DNA from: Gnetum montanum
Taxonomy: Eukaryota; Plantae; Gnetophyta
Reading direction: 5' to 3'
Assembly: GCA_015680685.1 (NCBI GenBank)
Contig: MNCI01001939.1
Location: 80,563-144,562 of the forward strand
Length of the DNA: 64,000 nucleotides
The stretch's first letter is position 1. Every line of letters starts with the position of its first letter. The notes under the pieces were generated by a model. It was not told the DNA's origin. It searched no databases and saw only the letters and a list, made by a program, of their open reading frames with translations. Made by a program: the position numbers and the translations under genes. Positions 47,801 to 63,009 of this stretch are shown here, piece by piece.

Positions 47801-50800
47801 CAGTTTGGGATGATGAGCATTAGTAATCCTATGCAATCTAACCCTCTACCTCTACCAACTTTTCCAATGACCAATACCATATTTCAAATTCCCACTTCCT
47901 TTCAATTGACTCAACCTTCGAATAATTATTTTCAAGGTCCCATATCTTCTTCATTTTTGCCATCTAACACTAGTTTGAATGATGACCAATTGAAAGCCTT
48001 AATTTAATTCATCATAAACCCAAACAGGATATCTAATCCTATCGAACCCCCAACTCAGACTCAAAACCAAATGACCTAGATATTAACTTCACTACAGAAA
48101 CTCTCAAACGAAGTAGAATTAAAGTGGAACAACAACAAAGGTCCTATACAATCGAAAAAGCCAAGTTCATTAGTTAATGATGATTACTATCATCTCCATA
48201 ACATGAGGTAACATTCTGAGAGGACTTGTCCTCAATTCTTAGCATTATATGATGACAATGTCCAAAGTCACAAAATGGGAAACTTCCTATTATGGTCCTT
48301 AATGTACCCCATGAAATAGAAAATGAAGTGGTTTCCTCATTAGAACAAGTTATGGTAATTGATCCCAACCCACATAACACTCACTACCGTAGACTTAGTG
48401 ACATTGTGAATATCACACAACCACAAATTAGGAATAATCCTTATACACCCCCCAAACATAAGAGTTCCTAGTCAAAACGATACAAACAACCAAAGCAGGC
48501 CATCTCAAGTAAATGACCCACAATGACCAAAATCCCCTTCTCTACCTAGAAGAACCCCACCTTAATAGGAAGCCAAAGACATACATAATACTTATGATCT
48601 AGTTGAGGATTTGAAAAGGGTTAAAGCTAACATTTCAATGTATGATCTTTTACACTTTAATGAAATGAAAGAGGTGATTCAGAATCTAGTTCATACACCT
48701 CAATCCAGAAAAGAAAAATCCCCAATCCTCGAAAGGCAAGCTCACTTTGCAGAAAGTCCTAACACACTATTAGTATAGAACACAAACAATTCCATGTCAA
48801 GCAAGAAAGAGCAACCTCCTTTCCTAACAACATTGATTATTTTAGAAAAGAACATTCATAATTATTTAATGGATTTTGGAGTAATTGTTAGTGTCATGCC
48901 ACTTGAGGTATGTAAGACTTTAGGAGCACGGATGCTACCACAAATGAAAAGTGTGATTCAACTCAATGGGNAAGCACGGATGCTACCACAAATGAAAAGT
49001 GTGATTCAACTCAATGGGTCTAACGTACTTGTAGTAGGATCATTAAAAGGAGTGAAAGTACAACTTAAACAATACCTTACATTTACATGTTACATAGATA
49101 TCTTAGTAGTTGACATGTCACCCACTTATGGTGTGCTCTTATCTAGGACTTTTGAAGCCAAGTTTGGGGGCTTCTTTAAGTCAAATTTCTTAGAACTATT
49201 AATCCCTATTAAAGGGAAATTTGAATAAATGGTCATACCAAGAGAACCTTTTTAGAAACAAGTAGTTACAAACTCTAATCAACAAAATCAATCTTTGGAA
49301 AATCAAAACACTAATCTTTATGTTAGAGTTATTGAGGTTGAGCATGGTGAACATGTCATAAATGACCATGTGAGTCCTTATTCTCATACAAATTCCACCC
49401 AACCCTATGAAACTTCTAAAGAAGGTAAAGAAATCTATGAAGACATCTTGCCTCATAATCAATGTGATGGAAAGGAATTTCTTCTAGATGACCTGCTACC
49501 TTTAGGAGAGGACAAAGACATAAATAAGACCCTATCCCTTAGAACATTAGAAGGTGCGAAAATTTTAACAACATACCCATTGAACATGTTCCTAAAGAAG
49601 TTATATTTGATGACTTAACAAGGCCTAGACCTAAGATTAAAACTTATATGAAAGGAAAACTTGATGAACTTCTAGGATCTAAAATTATTCATCTTATGGA
49701 ATATTCAAGTTTAGTGCCTAATAGAAAATAGATAAGAAAATTAAGATTATGTCTTGATTTTTGTGATTTTAATCATCAAAAAATTATTAAACGATAGCTT
49801 GACAAGAAACATGCAGGTAAAGTCTTCAAGAGAGAAGATCTAGTTCTAAAAAATGGTAGAGCATTTGGTTGAATAAGTCTTCAAAGTAAGTTCTCTCCTA
49901 TGTGGTCAAGTCCATTCCAAATTACAAACATCATTGGTCCCAATGTGTACAAAATTGTTGATGTGCAAGGACATAAGTTACATACAAACTTTAAAGCATT
50001 TCATCTGAAGCATTTCTACTTAGGTGCCCCATGTGGACACCTGGTAGATCCTTCGTTGCATGTTTTCTTTCCCCTCGCCACACATATCATTTATATATAG
50101 TTGCATTTGAATATTTTCTTTGCATTTCCATCATTTTGTTCTTAGCATATTGGTTTTGGCTTGATTTTTGCTTTTCATATGATTTTAATGATCATTATGG
50201 TCATTTGAGTTACTAGGCGTTGGGTCATCATAACACCATTTGAAAATAATGCTTTATATATCCTAGTACTATTACATTAAATCTCTTTTATATTTTATAT
50301 TTCAATAATGATATGATTCTTTTTAGTTAATTTCAAGCTTTTAGTTTTATTGGTTATGTTGGATTATGGAGGATGAGATTTATGCTAATTTATCATGTAA
50401 TCATCATGATCATGTATGTGTAGCATATGTAACATTGGAGAATACACAGTTGCAATCACTAGGTGACCTTGGAAAATGCCATTTTTTCCTCTCCTAAGCC
50501 CCAACCCTCAATTATGATGATCCATGGCTACCCTATGAGTAACAAGGTGAATTGCGTTTATCTCCACTTGAGAACCCTTAGCCACCTAAGAGACCTACTA
50601 CGATGCCATCAAATTGTAATTAAATGCACATACATGAGGGTTGAATTGCACCATGGGTAAAGTTCCAAAAGGATCATGTTCTTTGTTAGTGCAACTAATT
50701 GGCCAATCTTGTGTTGGAATTCCTACCTTAAGAATGAAGTACCTCATGAGCAAAGTTTCCTGAAAAAAAAATGAGGACCATGTTCATTAGTTGTGTAATA

Positions 50801-53016
50801 AGTTCTTGAGTGTGATGGGGTTCGGTAGCAATCCTCACCCTAACCTCCATTTTCCTTATGGAACCTATTTACCAAAAATTTAAAAAGAGAAAAGCAAATA
50901 ATCCCTTTTTCTCATTCCCTTTCTTAAAAGAAAATCCCAAGGAAAAATTTGAAAGTTGCAATTTTTACTTAAGCTTAGTATAGGTCTTGTGCTCAAAGTA
51001 GTCCACATACTTTTTACTTTTACCTTGTGAGCATATTGAGAATGAGATCTTAATTATATATTTTAATTATATATATAGATCTATGTAGTTAAAATAATAA
51101 AATTATATATTTAGAGTTTGATTAAATAATATGGTGTGGTAAGGGGTGGCCCACGTCTAGTTCTCTTTTGATTATATGGTTATTTTAATCATGTTTAGAT
51201 TAGTATAATTTGCTTTCAAGTTTTAATTTTCCTATGTTCTATGATGTTTTTGAATCTTTATTTCTTGCATTATCTTAAAATTTCTATGGTTTCATTGTTT
51301 CTTGCACTTGCATGCAATTAAAGTTTGGAGGCTAAGTGTTGAGGCCAACATTGCCTATGCTAAGCATGGGGCCATGATCAATAATGTCCAGGTTAGAAGA
51401 TGCAATTGAAATTATGGTGCATGTTGTGAAAACTAGAGAGGAGAGGTTGGGCACAGCTAGTCAAGAAGCTAATGAAGAAAAGAGAAGATTGGAAGAAATG
51501 CATAAAGAAGTTGGATGGAAAATCATTAGAAACACTGGTTAATTCAAATGTTAGCAAACCTAGATTGTTGAAGTTCTATAAATGGACAAAAGAAAAGGAA
51601 TAATTTTGGAATATAATGTGAAATAGCTTGGATGATTGCTCACTAGTTTTTATGTGTGTCCAATTAGAGGTTTACTACCAGATTCTTGGATAGAATACAA
51701 AAAGTAGCAGCATATATAGTAAATCATATTTTTCTTTTAAAAAAAATCCTAAAATGAAGGAATAATTTTAGCCTATTGTAGGTATTTGTGGCCCTTGTAA
51801 GAAAATTTGATGGAAGGGTTGGAAAATGTGATCGTTAGATTATAGATGAGTGGCACTGACGCACAAGGGAGATGAAACATGGATAACTTCCAGGTGGTTG
51901 GTGAGACATGGTAACTATTGTGTGGTGGTGGGAGTTACATAGGAGTGGGTAGTGGGCATTTAAATTGCCCAATAGGTGGATATAAAGGTGTTAAGGGGGC
52001 ATTAGAACTGAGGGGAGTGGGATCAAGAGGCCTCCCTTTTAGAAGCAGCAACAATGCACCAGTGGACACCATCGGCAACCTTTTCTCCCTCTTGCAATGT
52101 GTTGTAGACCATGCATTGCAATCATGGCAGTGACGAGGTAGTAGAAAAATGTGAACTGATGCATGATATTGATAGATTTCGATAGCCTGTGGCTTTCAAC
52201 AATGGCATCATTAGCTAGAAATGTTTGCAGTAGGAGGCATGCGTGGTAGAATGACTTGCAAGTAACATGTGACAACACTAGTTGGCAACATTAGTTGACA
52301 ACAGTTGCTACTACATGTTTGCAATAGCACTAGTAGCATGATGTGCATGTGCAGCAGGGACATGTTTAGGAGGGCGTAACGGTAGTTAGTGGTAGGGTTT
52401 TCTTTCTTGTCTTATCTCAATAGAGGCAAGTGCATGCAAACAACATGCAGCATCAAAGCTATGGTGGCAGTGTTAGCAGTAAGAGGATACAACTATAGAT
52501 GGTATCGTCTCTCTCCATTACAGGGCATGTGACTGTAGTCAGCAGGCTCTCTCTTAGCTAGCAACGCATGCATGGTAGATGGTAGCAATGGTAGGGACAA
52601 GGAGTGGTAGCATGTTCCTATAGCGAGAATGATGTCACTCCCTCTTCTAAAGCTGTAGGCATATGGTGGATAGCTACCGTGAGTAATCTCTCTCTCCTCC
52701 CTTTCACTATCTCTCTCTCTCCCTCTTCGGTGGTGGTTGGGGTCTAATGATGGACTGACGATAGTAGCCAAGACCAAGGAAAATTTACTTTTTTTAGTTA
52801 ACTATTGTATTTGCATTAAGTCTTGAAATTCAAGATTGTTGTCAATTCAAATTATTGAACTTTCAATTTAATTTTCCTTTTTTGCAATATCACATAACCC
52901 TCTCTAACTGAGACTATTTTGGGTTTTCGTACCCATATGGGAGGCACCCTAGGAAATAGTCTTTGCAAATAAGTTTTTCCTTGGGTGTTGGTGTGTCCAA
53001 AATTTATGCATCAATA
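44828..53016 (+). mobile_element. Tat/Ogre-like Ty3/gypsy, non-autonomous; 1680-bp LTRs (44828-46507, 51337-53016); TSD AAAAC/GAAAC
   Basis: Colinear LTR pair. Gag (CRVFVTTF...WF..LPNVSIDSWKEF), protease (LMDFGVIVSVMP), a short RT start (LRLCLDFCDFN) fused to the integrase C-terminus (KFSPMWSSPF...HLKHFY). Confidence 0.92.
46514..46530 (+). other. Primer binding site, probably tRNA-Asn type (decayed)
   Basis: TGGTGCTAAAAGGAGAA versus TGGCGCTAGAAGGAGGG; all differences are C>T or G>A. Confidence 0.6.
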
Positions 53017-54076
53017 GAAACATTGGTCGACATCTTAGCCCTTGTTGTTTAGGCACCCCAATAAAAAAACAAAAGGTTTGTTGCTTTGAGTATTCTTTGT
53101 TGTACCCAACTCAGACTTGCCATTTTGCAAGCCAAGGTTGAGAAATGGGAAGCTTCCTATTGCAACAATAATGAAAAACAATGTGTAGTATGCACCACAG
53201 TAGGGCCAAGTATATCTAAGAATGCATGTTAGCAATCAATGGGTTTGACCCATCCCAAGGAAAATGGCAACAACAATCTTATGGATAGCAAGGTGTGTGA
53301 TACTAAGAATAAGAACAACAGTCTATGTAGTAGCCAAGCAAGGTGGTAAGCATGGGCTTCAATTAGTTCATTATGACCTACACTAAGTTTGATGTTTTAC
53401 ATAGGTCATGTTTACACTTGAGGGTTTGAGTGTTTGAGTGTTTGGCATAACTTGTGTTAACCTAGCCTGCATCCATTATAGTGGTTGTACAAGCTTGAAA
53501 CCCTACAATATCTCTCTAATTTTATCCCTTTGTATTTGGTTCATCTACCCATGGTGCCATGAACTAGAGAATTCTATGTGTTTACATGTTTCAGTCCGCC
53601 ATTGATTTGTAAGGATTCAATGCACCTCCCACAACAAATGACAAGAATAAAGACATAGGTTATGCATTCTAGTTTTTAGTTATTATTTATTTATTTTAGT
53701 GTATGATGAATTCTTATTTATTTAACCTATTTTATGGTAGCATTTTGATGTCTAAATTTATTTCTAGATGATATAAGCTTGTTGAGCTTTCAGGCAAAAG
53801 TATATATATACAAGCGTGGATATCTTATGTTTTATTGTAGTCTATCATTCTGTTTATGATATTAGTTTTCCTTTTGTGTTGTAAATACATGGTTTCTATG
53901 TTCATATTCTTCTTTTAATTATATTGCTTAGTATCTTTTTTTTTTGCTTTTATTTCCTTAATAGTACCAGATGCTAATGGTAAAAAAAATAAATAGTGAG
54001 AATGATGTTGAGGAAATTCAACCATATGACCATTGGTTTATTATAGTTGTTTTTTCAACATTCATAAATATAACAT

Positions 54077-57000
54077 TTATGAGTCCTCATAAGATAGGTT
54101 GCATCAACGTATCCCCATTGATGCATGGTTATATGCATCTATGTTGACATAGGTGAAGACTATAGAAATGTGTAGACCAATTGCATTTATGGCACCTTAG
54201 GTCCATAACATAGTGAAACCCTTACAATTTAGTTTCTTTAGAGCTAGAATGTTCTCTCTAAGTGTTTGTAGCGTGAATTAAAGAGATTGTACAAAGTTTT
54301 ATTCAAACACCATGTACCTGAACACATTGGTGTTAATGGCAATAAAGTCTAGATTTTTAATATTCATTGCAGTAGTTAGAATGGTTTAATCTTTATTATT
54401 TGCACTTTACTTTTAATACAATTTACACTTATGGATTTATTTAATTAATGCACTTAATCCTAAACATGTAAGTATGACCACTTTGAACATAAGGTATTAC
54501 ACTTGGTAATCCTAGTAGTGGCCATTTGGTACACCCAATAATCACCACTTTGTAACCTAATAGTGTTGATATGTGTTTAAGATGTATACGGTAAGTGGAA
54601 ATGACTACTTATGTTACAATAGTTAGCCACTAGATTAGCTAAGTAGTTAGATAACTAATTATTAAATCTTCATTTACTTGCCTAACCTTAGAAGAAATAT
54701 ATATATATATATATAATACTTATAAAAAACACATCATGTGCCTTAACTTACATTTAACCATACAAATTGATAGCACAAGTGTGAGTTACGAAGACGACGA
54801 TCATACAACCATTTGCCTTATAGTTTAAGAATATGGGAAACTTAGGAACTAAAGTCTATGGAATTTAACAAGATCACTAGTGCATGCTTGTCATTCATAT
54901 GGTTGGGTGTAGAGAATACCCATTGCTCATCATTGGTGTTGTTGTTGGGGATTTGTAGTTTGACCAAATGTGCTAATTAGAAGTAAACCATGACTCATAT
55001 AAAGACGTTGTTAAAAATATTAAGGTATACTGATAACTTCTTCTCATAGGGACAAATATCCACTACATACAAGAGAATCTAATCAATAATAGGAGGTACC
55101 AAATAAGCCCCAATAGCTCAAACATGTCTATGCTCATTTAGATCCTTATAATCTAGATTTCAATTTCATCCTCTATCAAGATGAACAAATGCACTAAAGG
55201 AACATGGAAGGCAACATAATATTTCCTTTCGATTGATCTATTCCTACCATGATAATAGCCAATCTCATTAGGCTTGGCATTGTTGTGCTCAACTCCAAAT
55301 ATAAAGTCCAAGACCACACTTACAAGAACTATCAACTTATTGATGCCCAACATAAGAAAGATCAACATATGGAGGCATGATATGAGGCCTCTAAGAGCAA
55401 GAGGACCTAAACATAATTATTCTTGCAATATCACAAAAAGGATGAGAATTTCTTTTCTAGATAATCCTAATACAAACATTCTCTTCCTTTCTATGATGAT
55501 GAAACCATTAACCAAAGGTTATAGTCAACTTCGAAAAACCTTGGTGATGGAAAAATAAGGTTGTAATACTAGGGAACCTTAAAAGTCAAAAATCCAAACC
55601 ATTAATCTAAGGGCAAGTATAATGATCAAAAGAAAGACAAAGAAAAGCACAAAGATTAGAGTAGGGATTGAAGGAGGGGAATTAGTAGGCATCGTTTCCC
55701 TAGTCCTTCTTCTTGATCATCATGTTCTTCTTCATCTTCATCATCAAACTCTAGGAAGAGGAGCCAAGGATGAGACAAAATGAAAAATGATAGAGATCAA
55801 GATGAACATGAACAACAGGATAGAAAAGAATGTAGACCCCACTAGAATAATCAAGACCAAGGGTAAGGATAACCACAAGGAGAAGAAGAGCATCATCAAA
55901 AGCAAAGCTTTAGCAGAACTCATCATAAACATCATGGTTATGAAATGGACCACCATGATCATCATGACTATGATGAGCCCTTGTTGAAAACTAGAAATAT
56001 GCTCAACATTTTAGAGGTAATGAGAATTCTAATAAGGCATTAGAAAGATAGTAAAATTAGAAGGTTAGATATGAAAAATATTTCTAGTTTTAAAGGGGGA
56101 TATAATTCAAATCTTAAAATGATATCCAAGCCTTTTATGATGTTTGTGTCTTGAAAAACATAGAGAATGAATGGCAGAAGCTAAAATTGTTCCCAAGGAC
56201 ACTCACCAAAGAAGAAAAAAATTGATACTAGTCCTTGGAATCAAAATCCACTTGCTAATGGAGTACTATGTTGGAGCTCTTCAATGATAAGTGCCAAAAG
56301 TACTCTAGAATGTCTAACTTGTGGAGGTAGATCCAAGGATGAAAGTAAGAAAATATTGAATCCTTGGATGTAGCTGTAGGCAATTACTACTCTCTATTGC
56401 ATTGATGCCCAAGCCATGGATACTTCCAAAGGGAACAACTTCACCATATTATAGATGGCTCAGAAATAAGACTAGGGAAACCCTTGGGGTTTATGCCCAA
56501 GGAATACTTTCTCAGATGTGGGCCCATTAGATTCAAAGGTTAATAGACTAGGTGGCCAAAGAAGGAGAGCTGAAAAAATGGGAAAGTACAGAAGAGTATA
56601 ATAAGGATCCCTCCATTTGCAAGAGGGAGGTGCATTTCTATGACTCAAAGGGGGAAGCATCACTTGATGAAGTGATGCAAAGGAAGACCTTTCAAATACA
56701 GAAATATATCATTGAGATATTAGCTATGGTAGACAAAATGTGAAACTCATTGGATAAAAAGTTCCAAATAGCTCTAAAAATTGTAGAGGAAAGAATAGAC
56801 CAAAGGAGTAGTGGTTAAGAAAGAAGGAAAAAGAAGGATATAGAAAAGGGTTATTATTAGAAAAAGGGTAAAACTACAATAGTTAAAGAGGTTGTAGATT
56901 TTAAAACATATGATGATAACTATGAAATTTACTAATATGAACATCCTAAGAGAAGTTGCCAGTGTTGTCACATTTGCAAGAGTTTTGGATGTATACATTA

Positions 57001-59491
57001 AATCCAGAATTTGTAAAATGGCAAACACCTAGGTGTTTGCCTTATCCACAAGGCAACTATAGGTAGTAGTGCCATCAACCAATGTAATATCCAAATGGAG
57101 TACCTCCTTAACCCCAGGAGTAGTATCAATAGTGGCAACACCCATAGTTGTGGGGGATGCCATCATCATGATAGCAATATCCTTACAGGTAGCCAGACCC
57201 TTATGGATATTACATCCAACAACTTGTATCCCATCGTGATTCATCTAACCATGCTTCCTTCTCTCATCATGACTATTGTTCAGAATACTATAGAGCACAT
57301 TCTCCAAGAGGGAAGTCTCCTTTTTCTTTTTATCTTCTATATCCCTAAGTAGCTCCTATACCACCCACAACCACACCCTTGCCACCTACTCCATCCATGG
57401 AAGATGAAATTCCACCATAGCCACAATAGAGAAATTCCATGAGGATAGTAAATATATAGTTGAATGTTCATTTGAGTAATTCTAAACAAAAACCTTATAA
57501 GAGACTATTCTTCAAAATCAAAAATCTCATAAAACCATCGTAAATACTTGTGACTATTAACCCTACCATCTCTACCTTTGAGAGTATCCTTGAGTTACCT
57601 TCAATCAAAGGACCTCCAATGTCCATACTATTATGTTGACCCATGTGGTCACAGATTGGATAAAGGCTAGCCACCTTCTTAGGAATTAATATGATCCTGA
57701 GAGTCCTTTCATCTATTTGCAAATTTTTGGGAATGGTCCATGTAAATTTCTCTATAAAAACTCTTCCATTAAGTTAAAAAGGCTATCTAAAAGAAGGTTG
57801 AATGCAAAGTTAAAGTAAGTTGTTTAGGAGAAGGTAGAATAATTCCTAAAGGCCAAGGTTCATCTATCTAATTGAAGATAGTAAATGAGTTAGCCCACTC
57901 ATGATTATACCCAAGAAAGAAGGAAGTGAAGAGTCTTCATAGATTTCTGGTTGTTAAATATGACATTTTTTAAGGATCATTTTTCATTGCCATTTGTTAA
58001 TCAAGTGTTGGACACTATAGCAAGATATTACTATTATAATTTTCTAGGTGGTTATAGTGGATATAATCAAATCTAGATTCCACTATAGGACCAGGCCAAA
58101 ACCACATTCATAAGTCCTCGAGGGACTTGTGTATACAGAAAGATGCTCTTTGGCCTATGCAACATTCTTACCACCTTCCAACATTTGGCTCTCAACATCT
58201 TTCAACAGCAAATTGGTGGTAGGATAGAAGTCTTCATGGATGGCTTCTCTACCTATGATACCACATTTCAGCAAGCCTTGGATCATCTCGAATAAGTGCT
58301 TCAATGATGTGTGGAGATTAAGTTGAAGCCCAATTGGTAGAAAAACCATTTCATAGTCTAAGAAGGCATAGTGTTGGGACATAAAATTTTAGAAACGAGG
58401 ATTGAGGTGAACCTAGAAAATGTATAGGTCATCCAAGGAATTACCAAGCAACTTGAAAAGGCAAAAGATGTAAGATCATTCCTTGGAAATAATGGTTACT
58501 ACCAACACTTCATTAAGACCTTCTCAAAAATTGTTAAACTATTGGTTGAACTTACAAAGAAGGATGTATCATTTAGTTGGACCAAGAAATGTGAGTTAGC
58601 ATTCCAATAGTTAAAAAAGGATGGTAGAAACTTCCGTTCTATTGATCCACTTGGAAACTTTGTATTGGTTATTCCCCTTATGAGTTAGTACATAGAAAAT
58701 TACCAACCCTTCTAATTCAAGCAGAGCTTTATATGCCTTCAATGAATTGTGAACTTGACCTCAATTTAAGTCTCACATAAAAGGAATGTTTGATGACATT
58801 GAATGTGCTAAACAAAAATCAATAGGTGGCCCTATCCATGAATGAGGTGCACAAAGCACATGCCAAACAATTCCATGACTTGCGCATAAGTAAAGCTCAA
58901 TTCCAACCAAAATATAAGGTTTTTTACTAGAACCCCATGCATGCACCACAATGGACAAACTTTCAAATGCTATGGGAAGAATCTTATATCATTCATAGAA
59001 CCTTTCTTTCTAGGTCCATGATAATTTACCACTCTTCAAGCCCAAACAAATGATTATTAGTAACACTTAACAAGTGGAAGATTTCCTAGAACCAAGGATA
59101 ACTAGTGATATAAACACCTCAATGGATGGATAGGCACATTTTATTTTTTAGATCTTCTCCTTTCAACACAGTCATGGGGGAGATGGCCACGCATGTGAAC
59201 ATTATGTGATGGCTATCCAATGTTTCAAATTTTTTTTTACACCATTTTTTATATGTTTTCAATTTTTTAAAATATTTTACAACTTATTTTATATATTTTA
59301 CCTTGTTTATATTCTCTCATGTGTTATTTTCTTGCATGTTGTTTTTTTCATCAGGAATCTTGAATTTTTTCCACAGCTACTACTACTTATGGAAGTTTAT
59401 TAATATAGTATTTAATGTTTTGATTGATTGTTAAATGACTAGATTTAAACTTGAAATTATGTCTTTCATTAATAGATGTTCATTTTCTAAT
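54077..59491 (+). mobile_element. Degenerate Athila-like element: 5' LTR (about 54077-54932), PBS-Asp, gag, RT, integrase tail; 3' end missing
   Basis: LTR end GCTCATCA followed by TGGTGTTGTTGTTGGGGA. Gag WQKLKLFP, homologous to the 8220 region. RT KDHFSLPFVNQVLD...GYSGYNQI...FGLCN...EVFMDGF (57790-58640). LTR start is approximate. Confidence 0.85.
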
Positions 59492-59545
59492 TGATGAGTA
59501 GCAAGTATACCCTACACCCAATGATACCCTACACCCAATGAGTAT
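59492..59545 (-). repeat. Short remnant of an Athila-family LTR 3' terminus
   Basis: TGATGAGTAGCAAGTA(TA)CCCTACACCCAA matches the reverse complement of the solo LTR end at about 6333-6361. Confidence 0.75.
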
Positions 59546-59699
59546 GGAACTATTGATTAACAAAAAAAACACACAAATAATACAATAAAAACTGAGTGCT
59601 CAAGTGTACAATTGCAACATTACAAAATTTTGGTGTTCAAGATAACAAAATTAAACACTAGGAAAAAACTAACAAACATAAGTCCTCTAATGGTGTGAA

Positions 59700-62600
59700 G
59701 ACGTTGAAGAACTTTAGAATCTCCTAAGTGCTGGAGGCTCTTGAGGCCTCGAAGGACATTCTCCTACTTTAGGTGCATGCAATGGTTGAGGAAAGTGTGG
59801 TTGTCCTACAATAGTTACAACTATTGGTAGAAGACAAAAGGCATCCAAAATTATCTTAATTTTCTCCTTCTTACTTTGGGGATCACTGACAATTCACATA
59901 TCTTCACTAGTATGGATCATAATGGGAATATTCCATAGACATGACATTGTAGGAAATAGCTCTTTCACATTCATGAACTAGGTAGTGAACTATTTATGTA
60001 TAATGTTGAATGCTCTAAGTACATTCTATAGCTCCTAGTAATCATTCATTTGCTTGGCCAGGTTCAAGGTCTTTGTGGCCTTCATGGTCTAAGTACATTC
60101 TATAGCTCCTAGTAATTGATTGTTGATCAGTGAACTTGGCCTTAAGAACCTTGATTTTTGTGTTTGTTGACTCAAGCCTCTACTTGGTTTCTTTATGGTG
60201 CTTGAACTTTGCCTTGTACAATAAGTACAATTTGACCACTTATTTCTCTAATTCAGACTATGGCCTTCCAACAATTAGCATCACTAAGTTTTCATAGCAG
60301 AGAGTGGCAAGCTCCATGTATTTAGTCATCTCCTCAATCTTATTATATGCATTTAGCCCATCAAAGATAGGCTGCTAGACATTGCCATCTTATTGGAGCT
60401 GCTAGAGGGCCTCATTTACTTTCACCTTCAATAATTAAGTATGCTTCTCATTAAATTATTTCTGTAGACCAACCTAATCTCTATAATGGTTATCATATCT
60501 CTTAAATTTGAGAGTCTTATTCTTCTAAGAGGCTACCTCTATTGTAGATTTTTGGTGAAGGGCATAAACTTCCTCCATGGAGAGGTTTCTATTCTCTGTT
60601 GGCAATCTTCTTAATTCATTGTTCACCCTACTTAGTTGCTCCTATTATTGATTGATAAAATCTATCATTTGTTGCTTTTACACATCAACATTCTATAGGT
60701 AATGATTCTCTACGGTCAAGATCTCATTCTCCTAGTGCATTTGGGCCAAGTCCTTTTGGATGTTGTGCATTGTGGCATTGGCCAATGACTAGTCAAATAT
60801 GGTTGTTTCCTTTGCATTTTTAGCTATTTTGAGTTTGTCCTGAAGTTATTAAAAAGCTTCATCATGCATTAGTGCTAGGGTGAGTAATGCAAGATCAAGT
60901 AGGCTCTTAATTCATAAACCTCTACATCTAAGCTTTGGTTCTCTAATATGGTTATTTCTAGTTGCTCCTCCATTATGATGCATTTTCCCCTTACTTCAAA
61001 AAACTTTGATTGGGTTGCAATGATGGTATCTGGAAGGCTAAAGACATTTGGAATCGATTGCTTGATTCCCAATAGTTGGTCCAACAATTTCTCATGCTGG
61101 GTTGTGCTTAATTTATCAGTTAGAGTTCCTATGGATGTCTACACATCTTTGAGTGCAAAAACATATAGTACAGACATCGTAGGTGCATTCAATGCTTTGG
61201 AAACACTATCAACAACTACTTTGGCCATTCTTTCTTGCTCATGGTTCTACATCAACAAGATAGTTGTCCCCTCACCCTTCTCTAGACACATCCAAAATGT
61301 AGTGGCATTTCCAAAGATGTCTGGGAATTGCTGCTATTGAGAGAGAGATATTGTTATCTCTCAGGCACTAGTATTTGACCTTGTAGGCACCTACATTCTT
61401 TGGACTAAGAAAATTGGCCCCCACCTTCCATCTGACTTATGGTTTAGGCCACTTCATTGAGGTGGCTCATTGTTGGTTGATACATAGATGGATCACCACC
61501 AATCATTCTTACTTGCTACTGTTGCTACTACAAGAGCTACTCTAAGAGTTCATACATGAGATCAATGATAGTGCAAGTCTTCGACATTGTCTCATGAGTA
61601 GGTGATTGAGGTGGTTGTTACTACTCCTCTTCTTAGATAATTTTGTTAGGTACCTTATCCTTCATCATTTCCTCCCAGGAGGTGGTTGGAGCTCATTGGA
61701 CTATGTCATTTGTGTAGCGTGTTATGCCTTCCCTTTTGCATAACTTTATAATAAGGCATGAAAAAGGGAGTGCCTTCCTTCCACGTTCATTTTCCTTAAA
61801 GCACTTCTCTATATCAAGATTGATCAGTTGTGGAAGGTTACATGGGAATCTATCGCTTAGAGCAACACATGCATGGGTGGAGAAGGTTGTGATATTTCTT
61901 AACCTTACCATTGGATTAAGGTGAAAGGCTACAATCTTAAAGTATGCATGTTCCAACATGGTTAGTAAACTACTTATGGTCTATACCGTAACATTACTGC
62001 ATCCATTCTTTCTTGATGCCAAAATTTTCTTGCATTGGTTGGAAGATTGGCCCTAGAATCTAGTAACCTAAGGGCCTCTAAAATTGCTTTCACTAAGTAG
62101 GACATTGAAATGTCCTTAATCTTGACCATTGAACTAGTCTACCGATTGTTCTAGAAAAGGTATGTCTCTTCCATGTACCACTCCTTGCTAGAAGTGATTG
62201 TGGATCACATGGGAGAGGTTTGCAATTGTACTTTGAATTTTAGAGTGAAAACTCTAAGAAAGGTCTAAAGTTCAAATCTCCTTATGGTCTATACTGTAAC
62301 ATGGGAGAGGTTTGCACCAAACTCCTTATGGTCTATATCGTAACATTACTGCATCCATTCTTTTTCGATGCCAAAATTTTCTTGCATTGGCTGGAAGATT
62401 GGCCCTAGAATCTAGTAACCTAAGGGCCTCTAAAATTGCTTTCACTAAGTAGGACATTGAAATGTCCTTGATCTTGACCATTGAACTAGTCTACCGATTG
62501 TTCTAGAAAAGGTATGTCTCTTCCATGTACCACTCCTTGCTAGAAGTAATTGTGGATCACATGGGAGAGCTTTGCAATTGTGCTTTGACTTTTAGAGGTG

Positions 62601-62925
62601 AAAACTCTAAGACAGGTCTAAAGTTCAAATCTTGGAGCATGGATTTTTGAACTTCCTTAGATTTGATCTGCTTGAGATAGGCCTCCATCAAGGTGATCTT
62701 AAGGTTTGTTCTAGGCTTTACCTCATCTTGGTGAGACTGTTCTATCATAGTGGCTTCTTTAGGAATCTATTGGATAGATTCCACTTCAGGTTCCTCATGA
62801 AGAGGTTCCATTGAATGGGTTTCTACTTGCTCATGGGCCTATTCTTGACACCTTCTAGTTCATAGCCATTTGTCTCTTAGTTGGGATAGTCCTCCCTCTT
62901 GCACATGCTTTTGCTTAGGTGCCAT
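59700..62925 (-). pseudogene. Second, diverged copy of the retroelement accessory ORF (Transposase_32-like domain plus coiled coil); decayed
   Basis: CAG|ATG start (MAPKQK). LPFSCLIIKLCKREGI..YTND and KYMELATLCYENLVMLIV align to 11796-14556. Left end approximate. Confidence 0.75.
61967..62631. repeat. Tandem duplication of about 313 bp with a 39-bp templated filler at the junction
   Basis: 61967-62279 repeats at 62319-62631 with scattered differences. Confidence 0.85.
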
Positions 62926-63009
62926 CTGTGTCACAACATAACTAAGGATTAACAATAGGTAATTGTGCTAGATCTTGCTTAAGGTTGTCAAATGCTTATT
63001 AGTAGTGAG

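Noticed and set aside
48924-49018. Perfect duplication of about 47 bp in the protease region
   Set aside because: The copies are separated by a single N, typical of a scaffold-join overlap artefact.
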